Assembly (NCBI RefSeq): GCF_009914755.1
Contig: NC_060929.1
Source of the DNA: the human T2T-CHM13v2.0 reference genome, Homo sapiens
DNA length: 64,000 nt
Strand: one strand, 5' to 3'
This document shows, in pieces, positions 1 to 14,618 of the stretch. The number at the start of each line of letters is the position of its first letter. The first letter of the stretch is position 1. The notes below the pieces were generated by a model. The model ran no database searches. It worked only from the letters and a program-made list of their open reading frames with translations, and was not told the DNA's origin. A program made the translations under genes and the position numbers.

Positions 1-211
1 TTTGTGCAATTGGCAAGTGGAGATTTCAAACGCTTTAAGGTCAATGGCAGAAAAGGAAATATCTTCGTTTCAAAACTAGACAGAATAATTCCCACAAACT
101 GCGTTGTGATGTGTTCGTTCAACTCACAGAGTTTAACCTTTCTTTTCATAGAGCAGTTAGGAAACAGTCTGTTTGTAAATTCTGTAAGTGGATATTCTGA
201 CATCTTGTGGC

Positions 212-228
212 CTTCGTTGGAAACGGGA
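212..228 (+). promoter_or_regulatory. CENP-B box (first of ~170 box positions, one per dimer)
   Basis: CTTCGTTGGAAACGGGA matches the 17-bp CENP-B box with core nTTCGnnnnAnnCGGGn. It recurs at 552, 892, 1232 and onward; the last copy is at ~58321. Confidence 0.97.
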
Positions 229-3062
229 TTTCTTCACATTCTGCTAGACAGAAGAATTCTCAGAATCTTCCTTGTGTTGTGTGTATTCAACTCACAGAGT
301 TGAACGATCCTTTACACAGAGCAGACTTGAAACACTCTTTTTGTGCAATTTGCAAGTGGAGATTTCAACCGCTTTGAGGTCCATGGTAGAAAAGGAAATA
401 TCTTCGTATAAAAACTAGACAGAATGATTCTCAGAAACTTCTTTGTGATGTGTGCGTTCAACTCACAGAGTTTAACCTTTCTTTTCATAGAGCAGTTAGG
501 AAACACTCTGTTTGTAAACTCTGCAAGTGGATATTAAGTCCTCTTTGAGGCCTTCGTTGGAAACGGGATTTCTTCATACTGTGCTAGACAGAAGAATTCT
601 CAGTAACTTCCTTGTGTTGTGTGTATTCAACTCACAGAGTTGAACGATCCTTTACACAGAGCGGAATTGAAACACTCTTTTTGTGAAATTTGCAAGTGGA
701 GATTTCAGCCGCGTTGAGGTCAATGGTAGAAAAGGAAATCTCGTCGTATAAAAACTAGACAGAATGATTCTCAGAAACTCCTTTGTGATGTGTGCGTTCA
801 ACTCACAGAGTTTAACCTTTCTTTTCATAGAGCAGTTAGGAAACACTCTGTTTGTAATGTCTGCAAGTGGATATTCAGACCTCTTTGAGGCCTTCGTTGG
901 AAACGGGTTTTTTTCATATAAGGCTAGACAGAAGAATTCCCAGTAACTTCCATGTGTTGTGTGTGTTCAACTCACAGAGTTGAACTTTCATTTACACAGA
1001 GCAGATTTGAAACACTCTTTTTGTGGAATTTGCAAATGGAGATTTCAAGCGCTTTGAGGCCAAAGGCAGAAAAGGAAATATCTTCGTATAAAAACTAGAC
1101 AGAATCATTCTCAGAAACTGCTCTGCGATGTGTGCGTTCAACTCTCAGAGTTTAACTTATCTTTTCATTCAGCAGTTTGGAAACACTCTGTTTGTAAAGT
1201 CTGCACGTGGATAATTTGACCACTTAGAGGTCTTCGTTGGAAACGGGTTTTTTTCATGTAAGGCTAGACAGAAGAATTCTCAGTAACTTCCTTGTGTTGT
1301 GTGTATTCAACTGACAGAGTTGAAGGATCCTTTACACAGAGCAGACTTGTAACACACTTTTTGTGGAATTTGCAAGTGGAGATTTCAGCCGCTTTGAGGT
1401 CAATGGTAGAAAAGGAAATCTCTTCGTATAAAAACTAGACAGAATGATTCTCAGAAACTCCTTTGTGATGTGTGCGTTCAACTCACAGAGTTTAACCTTT
1501 CTTTTCATAGAGCAGTTAGGAAACACTCTGTTTGTAAAGTCTGCAAGTGGATATTCAGACCTCTTTGAGGCCTTCGTTGGAAACGGGATTTCTTCATACT
1601 GTGCTAGACAGAAGAATTCTCAGTAACTTCCTTGTGTTGTGTGTATTCAACTCACAGAGTTGAACGATCCTTTACACAGAGCGGACTTGAAACACTCTTT
1701 TTGTGGAATTTGCAAGTGGAGATTTCAGCCGCGTTGAGGTCAATGGTAGAAAAGGAAATATCTTCGTATAAAAACTAGACAGAATGATTCTCAGAAACTC
1801 CTTTGTGATGTGTGCGTTCAACTCACAGAGTTTAACCTTTCTTTTCATAGAGCAGTTAGGAAACACTCTGTTTGTAAAGTCTGCAAGTGGATATTCAGAC
1901 CTCTTTGAGGCCTTCGTTGGAAACGGGTTTTTTTCATATAAGGCTAGACAGAAGAATTCCCAGTAACTTCCATGTGTTGTGTGTGTTCAACTCACAGAGT
2001 TGAACTTTCATTTACACAGAGCAGATTTGAAACACTCTTTTTGTGGAATTTGCAAATGGAGATTTCAAGCGCTTTGAGGCCAAAGGCAGAAAAGGAAATA
2101 TCTTCGTATAAAAACTAGACAGAATCATTCTCAGAAACTGCTCTGCGATGTGTGCGTTCAACTCTCAGAGTTTAACTTTTCTTTTCATTCAGCAGTTTGG
2201 AAACACTCTGTTTGTAAAGTCTGCACGTGGATAATTTGACCACTTAGAGGTCTTCGTTGGAAACGGGTTTTTTTCATGTAAGGCTAGACAGAAGAATTCT
2301 CAGTAACTTCCTTGTGTTGTGTGTATTCAACTCACAGAGTTGAACGATCCTTTACACAGAGCAGACTTGTAACACTCTTTTTGTGGAATTTGCAAGTGGA
2401 GATTTCAGCCGCTTTGAAGTCAAAGGTAGAAAAGGAAATATCTTCCTATAAACACTAGACAGAATGATTCTCAGAAACTCCTTTGTGATGTGTGCGTTCA
2501 ACTCACAGAGTTTAACCTTTCTTTTCATAGAGCAGTTAGGAAACACTCTGTTTGTAAAGTCTGCAAGTGGATATTCAGACCTCTTTGAGGCCTTCGTTGG
2601 AAACGGGTTTTTTTCATATAAGGCTAGACAGAAGAATTCCCAGTAACTTCCTTGTGTTGTGTGTGTTCAACTCACAGAGTTGAACTTTCATTTACACAGA
2701 GCAGATTTGAAACACTCTTTTTGTGGAATTTGCAAGTGGAGATTTCAAGCGCTTTGAGGCCAAAGGCAGAAAAGGAAATATCTTCGTATAAAAACTAGAC
2801 AGAATCATTCTCAGAAACTGCTCTGCGATGTGTGCGTTCAACTCTCAGAGTTTAACTTTTCTTTTCATTCAGCAGTTTGGAAACACTCTCTTTGTAAAGT
2901 CTGCACGTGGATATTTTGACCACTTAGAGGCATTCGTTGGAAACGGGTTTTTTTCCTGTAAGGCTAGACAGAAGATTTCCCAGTAACTTCCTTGTGTTGT
3001 GTACATTCAACTCACAGAGTTGAACGTTCCCTTAGACAGAGCAGATTTGAAACACTCTTTTT

Positions 3063-6000
3063 GTGCAATTGGCAAGTGGAGATTTCAAGCGCTTTAAGGT
3101 CAATGGCAGAAAAGGAAATATCTTCGTTTCAAAACTAGACAGAATCATTCCCACAAACTGCGTTGTGATGTGTTCGTTCAACTCACAGAGTTTAACCTTT
3201 CTTTTCATAGAGCAGTTAGGAAACAGTCTGTTTGTAAATTCTGTAAGTGGATATTCTGACATCTTGTGGCCTTCGTTGGAAACGGGATTTCTTCACATTC
3301 TGCTAGACAGAAGAATTCTCAGAATCTTCCTTGTGTTGTGTGTATTCAACTCACAGAGTTGAACGATCCTTTACACAGAGCAGACTTGAAACACTCTTTT
3401 TGTGGAATTTGCAAGTGGAGATTTCAGCCGCTTTGAGGTCCATGGTAGAAAAGGAAATCTCTTCGTATAAAAACTAGACAGAATGATTCTCAGAAACGCC
3501 TTTGTGATGTGTGTGTTCAACTCACAGAGTTTAACCTTTCTTTTCATAGAGCAGTTAGGAAACACTCTGTTGGTAAAGTCTGCAAGTGGATATTCAGACC
3601 TCTTTGAGGCCTTCGTTGGAAACGGGATTTCTTCATACTGTGCTAGACAGAAGAATTCTCAGAATCTTCCTTGTGTTGTGTGTATTCAACTCACAGAGTT
3701 GAACGATCCTTTACACAGAGCGGAATTGAAACACTCTTTTTGTGAAATTTGCAAGTGGAGATTTCAGCCGCGTTGAGGTCAATGGTAGAAAAGGAAATCT
3801 CTTCGTATAAAAACTAGACAGAATGATTCTCAGAAACTCCTTTGTGATGTGTGCGTTCAACCCACAGAGTTTAACCTTTCTTTTCATAGAGCAGTTAGGA
3901 AACACTCTGTTTGTAAAGTCTGCAAGTGGATATTCAGACCTCTTTGAGGTCTTCGTTGGAAACGGGTTTTTTTCATATAAGGCTAGACAGAAGAATTCCC
4001 AGTAACTTCCATGTGTTGTGTGTGTTCAACTCACAGAGTTGAACTTTCATTTACACAGAGCAGATTTGAAACACTCTTTTTGTGGAATTTGCAAATGGAG
4101 ATTTCAAGCGCTTTGAGGCCAAAGGCAGAAAGGGAAATATCTTCGTCTAAAAACTAGACAGAATCATTCTCAGAAACTGCTCTGCGATGTGTGCGTTCAA
4201 CTCTCAGAGTTTAACTTATCTTTTCATTCAGCAGTTTGGAAACACTCTGTTTGTAAAGTCTGCACGTGGATAATTTGACCACTTAGAGGTCTTCGTTGGA
4301 AACGGGTTTTTATCATGTAAGGCTAGACAGAAGAATTCTCAGTAACTTCCTTGTGTTGTGTGTATTCAACTGACAGAGTTGAAGGATCCTTTACACAGAG
4401 CAGACTTGTAACACACTTTTTGTGGAATTTGCAAGTGGAGATTTCAGCCGCTTTGAGGTCAATGGTAGAAAAGGAAATCTCTTCGTATAAAAACTAGACA
4501 GAATGATTCTCAGAAACTCCTTTGTGATGTGTGCGTTCAACTCACAGAGTTTAACCTTTCTTTTCATAGAGCAGTTAGGAAACACTCTGTTTGTAAAGTC
4601 TGCAAGTGGATATTCAGACCTCTTTGAGGCCTTCGTTGGAAACGGGTTTTTTTCATATAAGGCTAGACAGAAGAATTCCCAGTAACTTCCATGTGTTGTG
4701 TGTGTTCAACTCACAGAGTTGAACTTTCATTTACACAGAGCAGATTTGAAACACTCTTTTTGTGGAATTTGCAAATGGAGATTTCAAGCGCTTTGAGGCC
4801 AAAGGCAGAAAAGGAAATATCTTCGTATAAAAACTAGACAGAATCATTCTCAGAAACTGCTCTGCGATGTGTGCGTTCAACTCTCAGAGTTTAACTTTTC
4901 TTTTCATTCAGCAGTTTGGAAACACTCTGTTTGTAAAGTCTGCACGTGGATAATTTGACCACTTAGAGGTCTTCGTTGGAAACGGGTTTTTTTCATGTAA
5001 GGCTAGACAGAAGAATTCTCAGTAACTTCCTTGTGTTGTGTGTATTCAACTCACAGAGTTGAACGATCCTTTACACAGAGCAGACTTGTAACACTCTTTT
5101 TGTGGAATTTGCAAGTGGAGATTTCAGCCGCTTTGAAGTCAAATGTAGAAAAGGAAATATCTTCCTATAAACACTAGACAGAATGATTCTCAGAAACTCC
5201 TTTGTGATGTGTGCGTTCAACTCACAGAGTTTAACCTTTCTTTTCATAGAGCAGTTAGGAAACACTCTGTTTGTAAAGTCTGCAAGTGGATATTCAGACC
5301 TCTTTGAGGCCTTCGTTGGAAACGGGTTTTTTTCATATAAGGCTAGACAGAAGAATTCCCAGTAACTTCCTTGTGTTGTGTGTGTTCAACTCACAGAGTT
5401 GAACTTTCATTTACACAGAGCAGATTTGAAACACTCTTTTTGTGGAATTTGCAAGTGGAGATTTCAAGCGCTTTGAGGCCAAAGGCAGAAAAGGAAATAT
5501 CTTCGTATAAAAACTAGACAGAATCATTCTCAGAAACTGCTCTGCGATGTGTGCGTTCAACTCTCAGAGTTTAACTTTTCTTTTCATTCAGCAGTTTGGA
5601 AACACTCTGTTTGTAAAGTCTGCACGTGGATATTTTGACCACTTAGAGGCCTTCGTTGGAAACGGGTTTTTTTCCTGTAAGGCTAGACAGAAGATTTCCC
5701 AGTAACTTCCTTGTGTTGTGTACATTCAACTCACAGAGTTGAACGTTCCCTTAGACAGAGCAGATTTGAAACACTCTTTTTGTGCAATTGGCAAGTGGAG
5801 ATTTCAAGCGCTTTAAGGTCAATGGCAGAAAAGGAAATATCTTCGTTTCAAAACTAGACAGAATCATTCCCACAAACTGCGTTGTGATGTGTTCGTTCAA
5901 CTCACAGAGTTTAACCTTTCTTTTCATAGAGCAGTTAGGAAACAGTCTGTTTGTAAATTCTGTAAGTGGATATTCTGACATCTTGTGGCCTTCGTTGGAA

Positions 6001-9000
6001 ACGGGATTTCTTCACATTCTGCTAGACAGAAGAATTCTCAGAATCTTTCTTGTGTTGTGTGTATTCAACTCACAGAGTTGAACGATCCTTTACACAGAGC
6101 AGACTTGAAACACTCTTTTTGTGGAATTTGCAAGTGGAGATTTCAGCCGCTTTGAGGTCCATGGTAGAAAAGGAAACATCTTCGTATAAAAACTAGACAG
6201 AATGATTCTCAGAAACTTCTTTGTGACGTGTGCGTTCAACTCACAGAGTTTAACCTTTCTTTTCATAGAGCAGTTAGGAAACACTCTGTTTGTAAACTGT
6301 GCAAGTGGATGTTCAGACCTCTTTGAGGCCTTCGTTGGAATCGGGATTTCTTCATACTGTGCTAGACAGAAGAATTCTCAGTAACTTCCTTGTGTTGTGT
6401 GTATTCAACTCACAGAGTTGAACGATCCTTTACACAGAGCGGACTTGAAACACTCTTTTTGTGGAATTTGCAAGTGGAGATTTCAGCCGCGTTGAGGTCA
6501 ATGGTAGAAAAGGAAATCTCTTCGTATAAAAACTAGACAGAATGATTCTCAGAAACTCCTTCGTGATGTGTGCGTTGAACTCACAGAGTTTAACCTTTCT
6601 TTTCATAGAGCAGTTAGGAAACACTCTGTTTGTAAAGTCTGCAAGTGGATATTCAGACCTCTTTGAGGCGTTCGTTGGAAACGGGTTTTTTTCATATAAG
6701 GCTAGAGAGAAGAATTCCCAGTAACTTCCATGTGTTGTGTGTGTTCAACTCACAGAGTTGAACTTTCATTTACACAGAGCAGATTTGAAACACTCTTTTT
6801 GTGGAATTTGCAAATGGAGATTTCAAGCGCTTTGAGGCCAAAGGCAGAAAAGGAAATATCTTCGTATAAAAACTAGACAGAATCATTCTCAGAAACTGCT
6901 CTGCGATGTGTGCGTTCAACTCTCAGAGTTTAACTTTTCTTTTCATTCAGCAGTTTGGAAACACTGTGTTTGTAAAGTCTGCACGTGGATAATTTGACCA
7001 CTTAGAGGTCTTCGTTGGAAACGGGTTTTTTTCATGTAAGGCTAGACAGAAGAATTCTCAGTAACTTCCTTGTGTTGTGTGTATTCAACTCACAGAGTTG
7101 AACGATCCTTTACACAGAGCAGACTTGTAACACTCTTTTTGTGGAATTTGCAAGTGGAGATTTCATCCGCTTTGAAGTCAAAGGTAGAAAAGGAAATCTC
7201 TTCGTATAAAAACTAGACAGAATGATTCTCAGAAACTCCTTTGTGATGTGTGCGTTCAACTCACAGAGTTTAACCTTTCTTTTCATAGAGCAGTTAGGAA
7301 ACACTCTGTTTGTAAACTCTGCAAGTGGATATTCAGACCTCTTTGAGGCCTTCGTTGGAAACGGGATTTCTTCATACTGTGCTAGACAGAAGAATTCTCA
7401 GTAACTTCCTTGTGTTGTGTGTATTCAACTCACAGATTTGAACGATCCTTTACACAGAGCGGACTTGAAACACTCTTTTTGTGGAATTTGCAAGTGGAGA
7501 TTTCAGCCGCGTTGAGGTCAATGGTAGAAAAGGAAATATCTTCGTATAAAAACTAGACAGAATGATTCTCAGAAACTCCTTTGTGATGTGTGCGTTCAAC
7601 TCACAGAGTTTAACCTTTCTTTTCATAGAGCAGTTAGGAAACACTCTGTTTGTAAAGTCTGCAAGTGGATATTCAGACCTCTTTGAGGCCTTCGTTGGAA
7701 ACGGGTTTTTTTCATATAAGGCTAGACAGAAGAATTCCCAGTAACTTCCATGTGTTGTGTGTGTTCAACTCACAGAGTTGAACTTTCATTTACACAGAGC
7801 AGATTTGAAACACTCTTTTTGTGGAATTTGCAAATGGAGATTTCAAGCGCTTTGAGGCCAAAGGCAGAAAAGGAAATATCTTCGTATAAAAACTAGACAG
7901 AATCATTCTCAGAAACTGCTCTGCGATGTGTGCGTTCAACTCTCAGAGTTTAACTTTTCTTTTCATTCAGCAGTTTGGAAACACTCTGTTTGTAAAGTCT
8001 GCACGTGGATAATTTGACCACTTAGAGGTCTTCGTTGGAAACGGGTTTTTTTCATGTAAGGCTAGACAGAAGAATTCTCAGTAACTTCCTTGTGTTGTGT
8101 GTATTCAACTCACAGAGTTGAACGATCCTTTACACAGAGCAGACTTGTAACACTCTTTTTGTGGAATTTGCAAGTGGAGATTTCAGCCGCTTTGAAGTCA
8201 AAGGTAGAAAAGGAAATATCTTCCTATAAACACTAGACAGAATGATTCTCAGAAACTCCTTTGTGATGTGTGCGTTCAACTCACAGAGTTTAACCTTTCT
8301 TTTCATAGAGCAGTTAGGAAACACTCTGTTTGTAAAGTCTGCAAGTGGATATTCAGACCTCTTTGAGGCCTTCGTTGGAAACGGGTTTTTTTCATATAAG
8401 GCTAGACAGAAGAATTCCCAGTAACTTCCTTGTGTTGTGTGTGTTCAACTCACAGAGTTGAACTTTCATTTACACAGAGCAGATTTGAAACACTCTTTTT
8501 GTGGAATTTGCAAGTGGAGATTTCAAGCGCTTTGAGGCCAAAGGCAGAAAAGGAAATATCTTCGTATAAAAACTAGACAGAATCATTCTCAGAAACTGCT
8601 CTGCGATGTGTGCGTTCAACTCTCAGAGTTTAACTTTTCTTTTCATTCAGCAGTTTGGAAACACTCTCTTTGTAAAGTCTGCACGTGGATATTTTGACCA
8701 CTTAGAGGCATTCGTTGGAAACGGGTTTTTTTCCTGTAAGGCTAGACAGAAGATTTCCCAGTAACTTCCTTGTGTTGTGTACATTCAACTCACAGAGTTG
8801 AACGTTCCCTTAGACAGAGCAGATTTGAAACACTCTTTTTGTGCAATTGGCAAGTGGAGATTTCAAGCGCTTTAAGGTCAATGGCAGAAAAGGAAATATC
8901 TTCGTTTCAAAACTAGACAGAATCATTCCCACAAACTGCGTTGTGATGTGTTCGTTCAACTCACAGAGTTTAACCTTTCTTTTCATAGAGCAGTTAGGAA

Positions 9001-12000
9001 ACAGTCTGTTTGTAAATTCTGTAAGTGGATATTCTGACATCTTGTGGCCTTCGTTGGAAACGGGATTTCTTCACATTCTGCTAGACAGAAGAATTCTCAG
9101 AATCTTCCTTGTGTTGTGTGTATTCAACTCACAGAGTTGAACGATCCTTTACACAGAGCAGACTTGAAACACTCTTTTTGTGGAATTTGCAAGTGGAGAT
9201 TTCAGCCGCTTTGAGGTCCATGGTAGAAAAGGAAATCTCTTCGTATAAAAACTAGACAGAATGATTCTCAGAAACGCCTTTGTGATGTGTGTGTTCAACT
9301 CACAGAGTTTAACCTTTCTTTTCATAGAGCAGTTAGGAAACACTCTGTTGGTAAAGTCTGCAAGTGGATATTCAGACCTCTTTGAGGCCTTCGTTGGAAA
9401 CGGGATTTCTTCATACTGTGCTAGACAGAAGAATTCTCAGAATCTTCCTTGTGTTGTGTGTATTCAACTCACAGAGTTGAACGATCCTTTACACAGAGCG
9501 GAATTGAAACACTCTTTTTGTGAAATTTGCAAGTGGAGATTTCAGCCGCGTTGAGGTCAATGGTAGAAAAGGAAATCTCTTCGTATAAAAACTAGACAGA
9601 ATGATTCTCAGAAACTCCTTTGTGATGTGTGCGTTCAACTCACAGAGTTTAACCTTTCTTTTCATAGAGCAGTTAGGAAACACTCTGTTTGTAAAGTCTG
9701 CAAGTGGATATTCAGACCTCTTTGAGGTCTTCGTTGGAAACGGGTTTTTTTCATATAAGGCTAGACAGAAGAATTCCCAGTAACTTCCATGTGTTGTGTG
9801 TGTTCAACTCACAGAGTTGAACTTTCATTTACACAGAGCAGATTTGAAACACTCTTTTTGTGGAATTTGCAAATGGAGATTTCAAGCGCTTTGAGGCCAA
9901 AGGCAGAAAGGGAAATATCTTCGTCTAAAAACTAGACAGAATCATTCTCAGAAACTGCTCTGCGATGTGTGCGTTCAACTCTCAGAGTTTAACTTATCTT
10001 TTCATTCAGCAGTTTGGAAACACTCTGTTTGTAAAGTCTGCACGTGGATAATTTGACCACTTAGAGGTCTTCGTTGGAAACGGGTTTTTATCATGTAAGG
10101 CTAGACAGAAGAATTCTCAGTAACTTCCTTGTGTTGTGTGTATTCAACTGACAGAGTTGAAGGATCCTTTACACAGAGCAGACTTGTAACACACTTTTTG
10201 TGGAATTTGCAAGTGGAGATTTCAGCCGCTTTGAGGTCAATGGTAGAAAAGGAAATCTCTTCGTATAAAAACTAGACAGAATGATTCTCAGAAACTCCTT
10301 TGTGATGTGTGCGTTCAACTCACAGAGTTTAACCTTTCTTTTCATAGAGCAGTTAGGAAACACTCTGTTTGTAAAGTCTGCAAGTGGATATTCAGACCTC
10401 TTTGAGGCCTTCGTTGGAAACGGGTTTTTTTCATATAAGGCTAGACAGAAGAATTCCCAGTAACTTCCATGTGTTGTGTGTGTTCAACTCACAGAGTTGA
10501 ACTTTCATTTACACAGAGCAGATTTGAAACACTCTTTTTGTGGAATTTGCAAATGGAGATTTCAAGCGCTTTGAGGCCAAAGGCAGAAAAGGAAATATCT
10601 TCGTATAAAAACTAGACAGAATCATTCTCAGAAACTGCTCTGCGATGTGTGCGTTCAACTCTCAGAGTTTAACTTTTCTTTTCATTCAGCAGTTTGGAAA
10701 CACTCTGTTTGTAAAGTCTGCACGTGGATAATTTGACCACTTAGAGGTCTTCGTTGGAAACGGGTTTTTTTCATGTAAGGCTAGACAGAAGAATTCTCAG
10801 TAACTTCCTTGTGTTGTGTGTATTCAACTCACAGAGTTGAACGATCCTTTACACAGAGCAGACTTGTAACACTCTTTTTGTGGAATTTGCAAGTGGAGAT
10901 TTCAGCCGCTTTGAAGTCAAAGGTAGAAAAGGAAATATCTTCCTATAAACACTAGACAGAATGATTCTCAGAAACTCCTTTGTGATGTGTGCGTTCAACT
11001 CACAGAGTTTAACCTTTCTTTTCATAGAGCAGTTAGGAAACACTCTGTTTGTAAAGTCTGCAAGTGGATATTCAGACCTCTTTGAGGCCTTCGTTGGAAA
11101 CGGGTTTTTTTCATATAAGGCTAGACAGAAGAATTCCCAGTAACTTCCTTGTGTTGTGTGTGTTCAACTCACAGAGTTGAACTTTCATTTACACAGAGCA
11201 GATTTGAAACACTCTTTTTGTGGAATTTGCAAGTGGAGATTTCAAGCGCTTTGAGGCCAAAGGCAGAAAAGGAAATATCTTCGTATAAAAACTAGACAGA
11301 ATCATTCTCAGAAACTGCTCTGCGATGTGTGCGTTCAACTCTCAGAGTTTAACTTTTCTTTTCATTCAGCAGTTTGGAAACACTCTGTTTGTAAAGTCTG
11401 CACGTGGATATTTTGACCACTTAGAGGCCTTCGTTGGAAACGGGTTTTTTTCCTGTAAGGCTAGACAGAAGATTTCCCAGTAACTTCCTTGTGTTGTGTA
11501 CATTCAACTCACAGAGTTGAACGTTCCCTTAGACAGAGCAGATTTGAAACACTCTTTTTGTGCAATTGGCAAGTGGAGATTTCAAGCGCTTTAAGGTCAA
11601 TGGCAGAAAAGGAAATATCTTCGTTTCAAAACTAGACAGAATCATTCCCACAAACTGCGTTGTGATGTGTTCGTTCAACTCACAGAGTTTAACCTTTCTT
11701 TTCATAGAGCAGTTAGGAAACAGTCTGTTTGTAAATTCTGTAAGTGGATATTCTGACATCTTGTGGCCTTCGTTGGAAACGGGATTTCTTCACATTCTGC
11801 TAGACAGAAGAATTCTCAGAATCTTTCTTGTGTTGTGTGTATTCAACTCACAGAGTTGAACGATCCTTTACACAGAGCAGACTTGAAACACTCTTTTTGT
11901 GGAATTTGCAAGTGGAGATTTCAGCCGCTTTGAGGTCCATGGTAGAAAAGGAAACATCTTCGTATAAAAACTAGACAGAATGATTCTCAGAAACTTCTTT

Positions 12001-14618
12001 GTGACGTGTGCGTTCAACTCACAGAGTTTAATCTTTCTTTTCATAGAGCAGTTAGGAAACACTCTGTTTGTAAACTGTGCAAGTGGATGTTCAGACCTCT
12101 TTGAGGCCTTCGTTGGAATCGGGATTTCTTCATACTGTGCTAGACAGAAGAATTCTCAGTAACTTCCTTGTGTTGTGTGTATTCAACTCACAGAGTTGAA
12201 CGATCCTTTACACAGAGCGGACTTGAAACACTCTTTTTGTGGAATTTGCAAGTGGAGATTTCAGCCGCGTTGAGGTCAATGGTAGAAAAGGAAATCTCTT
12301 CGTATAAAAACTAGACAGAATGATTCTCAGAAACTCCTTCGTGATGTGTGCGTTCAACTCACAGAGTTTAACCTTTCTTTTCATAGAGCAGTTAGGAAAC
12401 ACTCTGTTTGTAAAGTCTGCAAGTGGATATTCAGACCTCTTTGAGGCGTTCGTTGGAAACGGGTTTTTTTCATATAAGGCTAGAGAGAAGAATTCCCAGT
12501 AACTTCCATGTGTTGTGTGTGTTCAACTCACAGAGTTGAACTTTCATTTACACAGAGCAGATTTGAAACACTCTTTTTGTGGAATTTGCAAATGGAGATT
12601 TCAAGCGCTTTGAGGCCAAAGGCAGAAAAGGAAATATCTTCGTATAAAAACTAGACAGAATCATTCTCAGAAACTGCTCTGCGATGTGTGCGTTCAACTC
12701 TCAGAGTTTAACTTTTCTTTTCATTCAGCAGTTTGGAAACACTGTGTTTGTAAAGTCTGCACGTGGATAATTTGACCACTTAGAGGTCTTCGTTGGAAAC
12801 GGGTTTTTTTCATGTAAGGCTAGACAGAAGAATTCTCAGTAACTTCCTTGTGTTGTGTGTATTCAACTCACAGAGTTGAACGATCCTTTACACAGAGCAG
12901 ACTTGTAACACTCTTTTTGTGGAATTTGCAAGTGGAGATTTCATCCGCTTTGAAGTCAAAGGTAGAAAAGGAAATCTCTTCGTATAAAAACTAGACAGAA
13001 TGATTCTCAGAAACTCCTTTGTGATGTGTGCGTTCAACTCACAGAGTTTAACCTTTCTTTTCATAGAGCAGTTAGGAAACACTCTGTTTGTAAACTCTGC
13101 AAGTGGATATTCAGACCTCTTTGAGGCCTTCGTTGGAAACGGGATTTCTTCATACTGTGCTAGACAGAAGAATTCTCAGTAACTTCCTTGTGTTGTGTGT
13201 ATTCAACTCACAGATTTGAACGATCCTTTACACAGAGCGGACTTGAAACACTCTTTTTGTGGAATTTGCAAGTGGAGATTTCAGCCGCGTTGAGGTCAAT
13301 GGTAGAAAAGGAAATATCTTCGTATAAAAACTAGACAGAATGATTCTCAGAAACTCCTTTGTGATGTGTGCGTTCAACTCACAGAGTTTAACCTTTCTTT
13401 TCATAGAGCAGTTAGGAAACACTCTGTTTGTAAAGTCTGCAAGTGGATATTCAGACCTCTTTGAGGCCTTCGTTGGAAACGGGTTTTTTTCATATAAGGC
13501 TAGACAGAAGAATTCCCAGTAACTTCAATGTGTTGTGTGTGTTCAACTCACAGAGTTGAACTTTCATTTACACAGAGCAGATTTGAAACACTCTTTTTGT
13601 GGAATTTGCAAATGGAGATTTCAAGCGCTTTGAGGCCAAAGGCAGAAAAGGAAATATCTTCGTATAAAAACTAGACAGAATCATTCTCAGAAACTGCTCT
13701 GCGATGTGTGCGTTCAACTCTCAGAGTTTAACTTTTCTTTTCATTCAGCAGTTTGGAAACACTCTGTTTGTAAAGTCTGCACGTGGATAATTTGACCACT
13801 TAGAGGTCTTCGTTGGAAACGGGTTTTTTTCATGTAAGGCTAGACAGAAGAATTCTCAGTAACTTCCTTGTGTTGTGTGTATTCAACTCACAGAGTTGAA
13901 CGATCCTTTACACAGAGCAGACTTGTAACACTCTTTTTGTGGAATTTGCAAGTGGAGATTTCAGCCGCTTTGAAGTCAAAGGTAGAAAAGGAAATATCTT
14001 CCTATAAACACTAGACAGAATGATTCTCAGAAACTCCTTTGTGATGTGTGCGTTCAACTCACAGAGTTTAACCTTTCTTTTCATAGAGCAGTTAGGAAAC
14101 ACTCTGTTTGTAAAGTCTGCAAGTGGATATTCAGACCTCTTTGAGGCCTTCGTTGGAAACGGGTTTTTTTCATATAAGGCTAGACAGAAGAATTCCCAGT
14201 AACTTCCTTGTGTTGTGTGTGTTCAACTCACAGAGTTGAACTTTCATTTACACAGAGCAGATTTGAAACACTCTTTTTGTGGAATTTGCAAGTGGAGATT
14301 TCAAGCGCTTTGAGGCCAAAGGCAGAAAAGGAAATATCTTCGTATAAAAACTAGACAGAATCATTCTCAGAAACTGCTCTGCGATGTGTGCGTTCAACTC
14401 TCAGAGTTTAACTTTTCTTTTCATTCAGCAGTTTGGAAACACTCTCTTTGTAAAGTCTGCACGTGGATATTTTGACCACTTAGAGGCATTCGTTGGAAAC
14501 GGGTTTTTTTCCTGTAAGGCTAGACAGAAGATTTCCCAGTAACTTCCTTGTGTTGTGTACATTCAACTCACAGAGTTGAACGTTCCCTTAGACAGAGCAG
14601 ATTTGAAACACTCTTTTT
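3063..14618 (+). repeat. Tandem duplication of a 5778-bp unit (16-mer + 18-mer)
   Basis: Rare variants recur at +5778: AAACGCCTTT (~3494/9272), CTTCGTCTAA (~4141/9919), GTGACGTG (~6223/12001), GGAATCGGG (~6337/12115), TTCATCCGC (~7162/12940). Boundaries are approximate. Confidence 0.92.
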
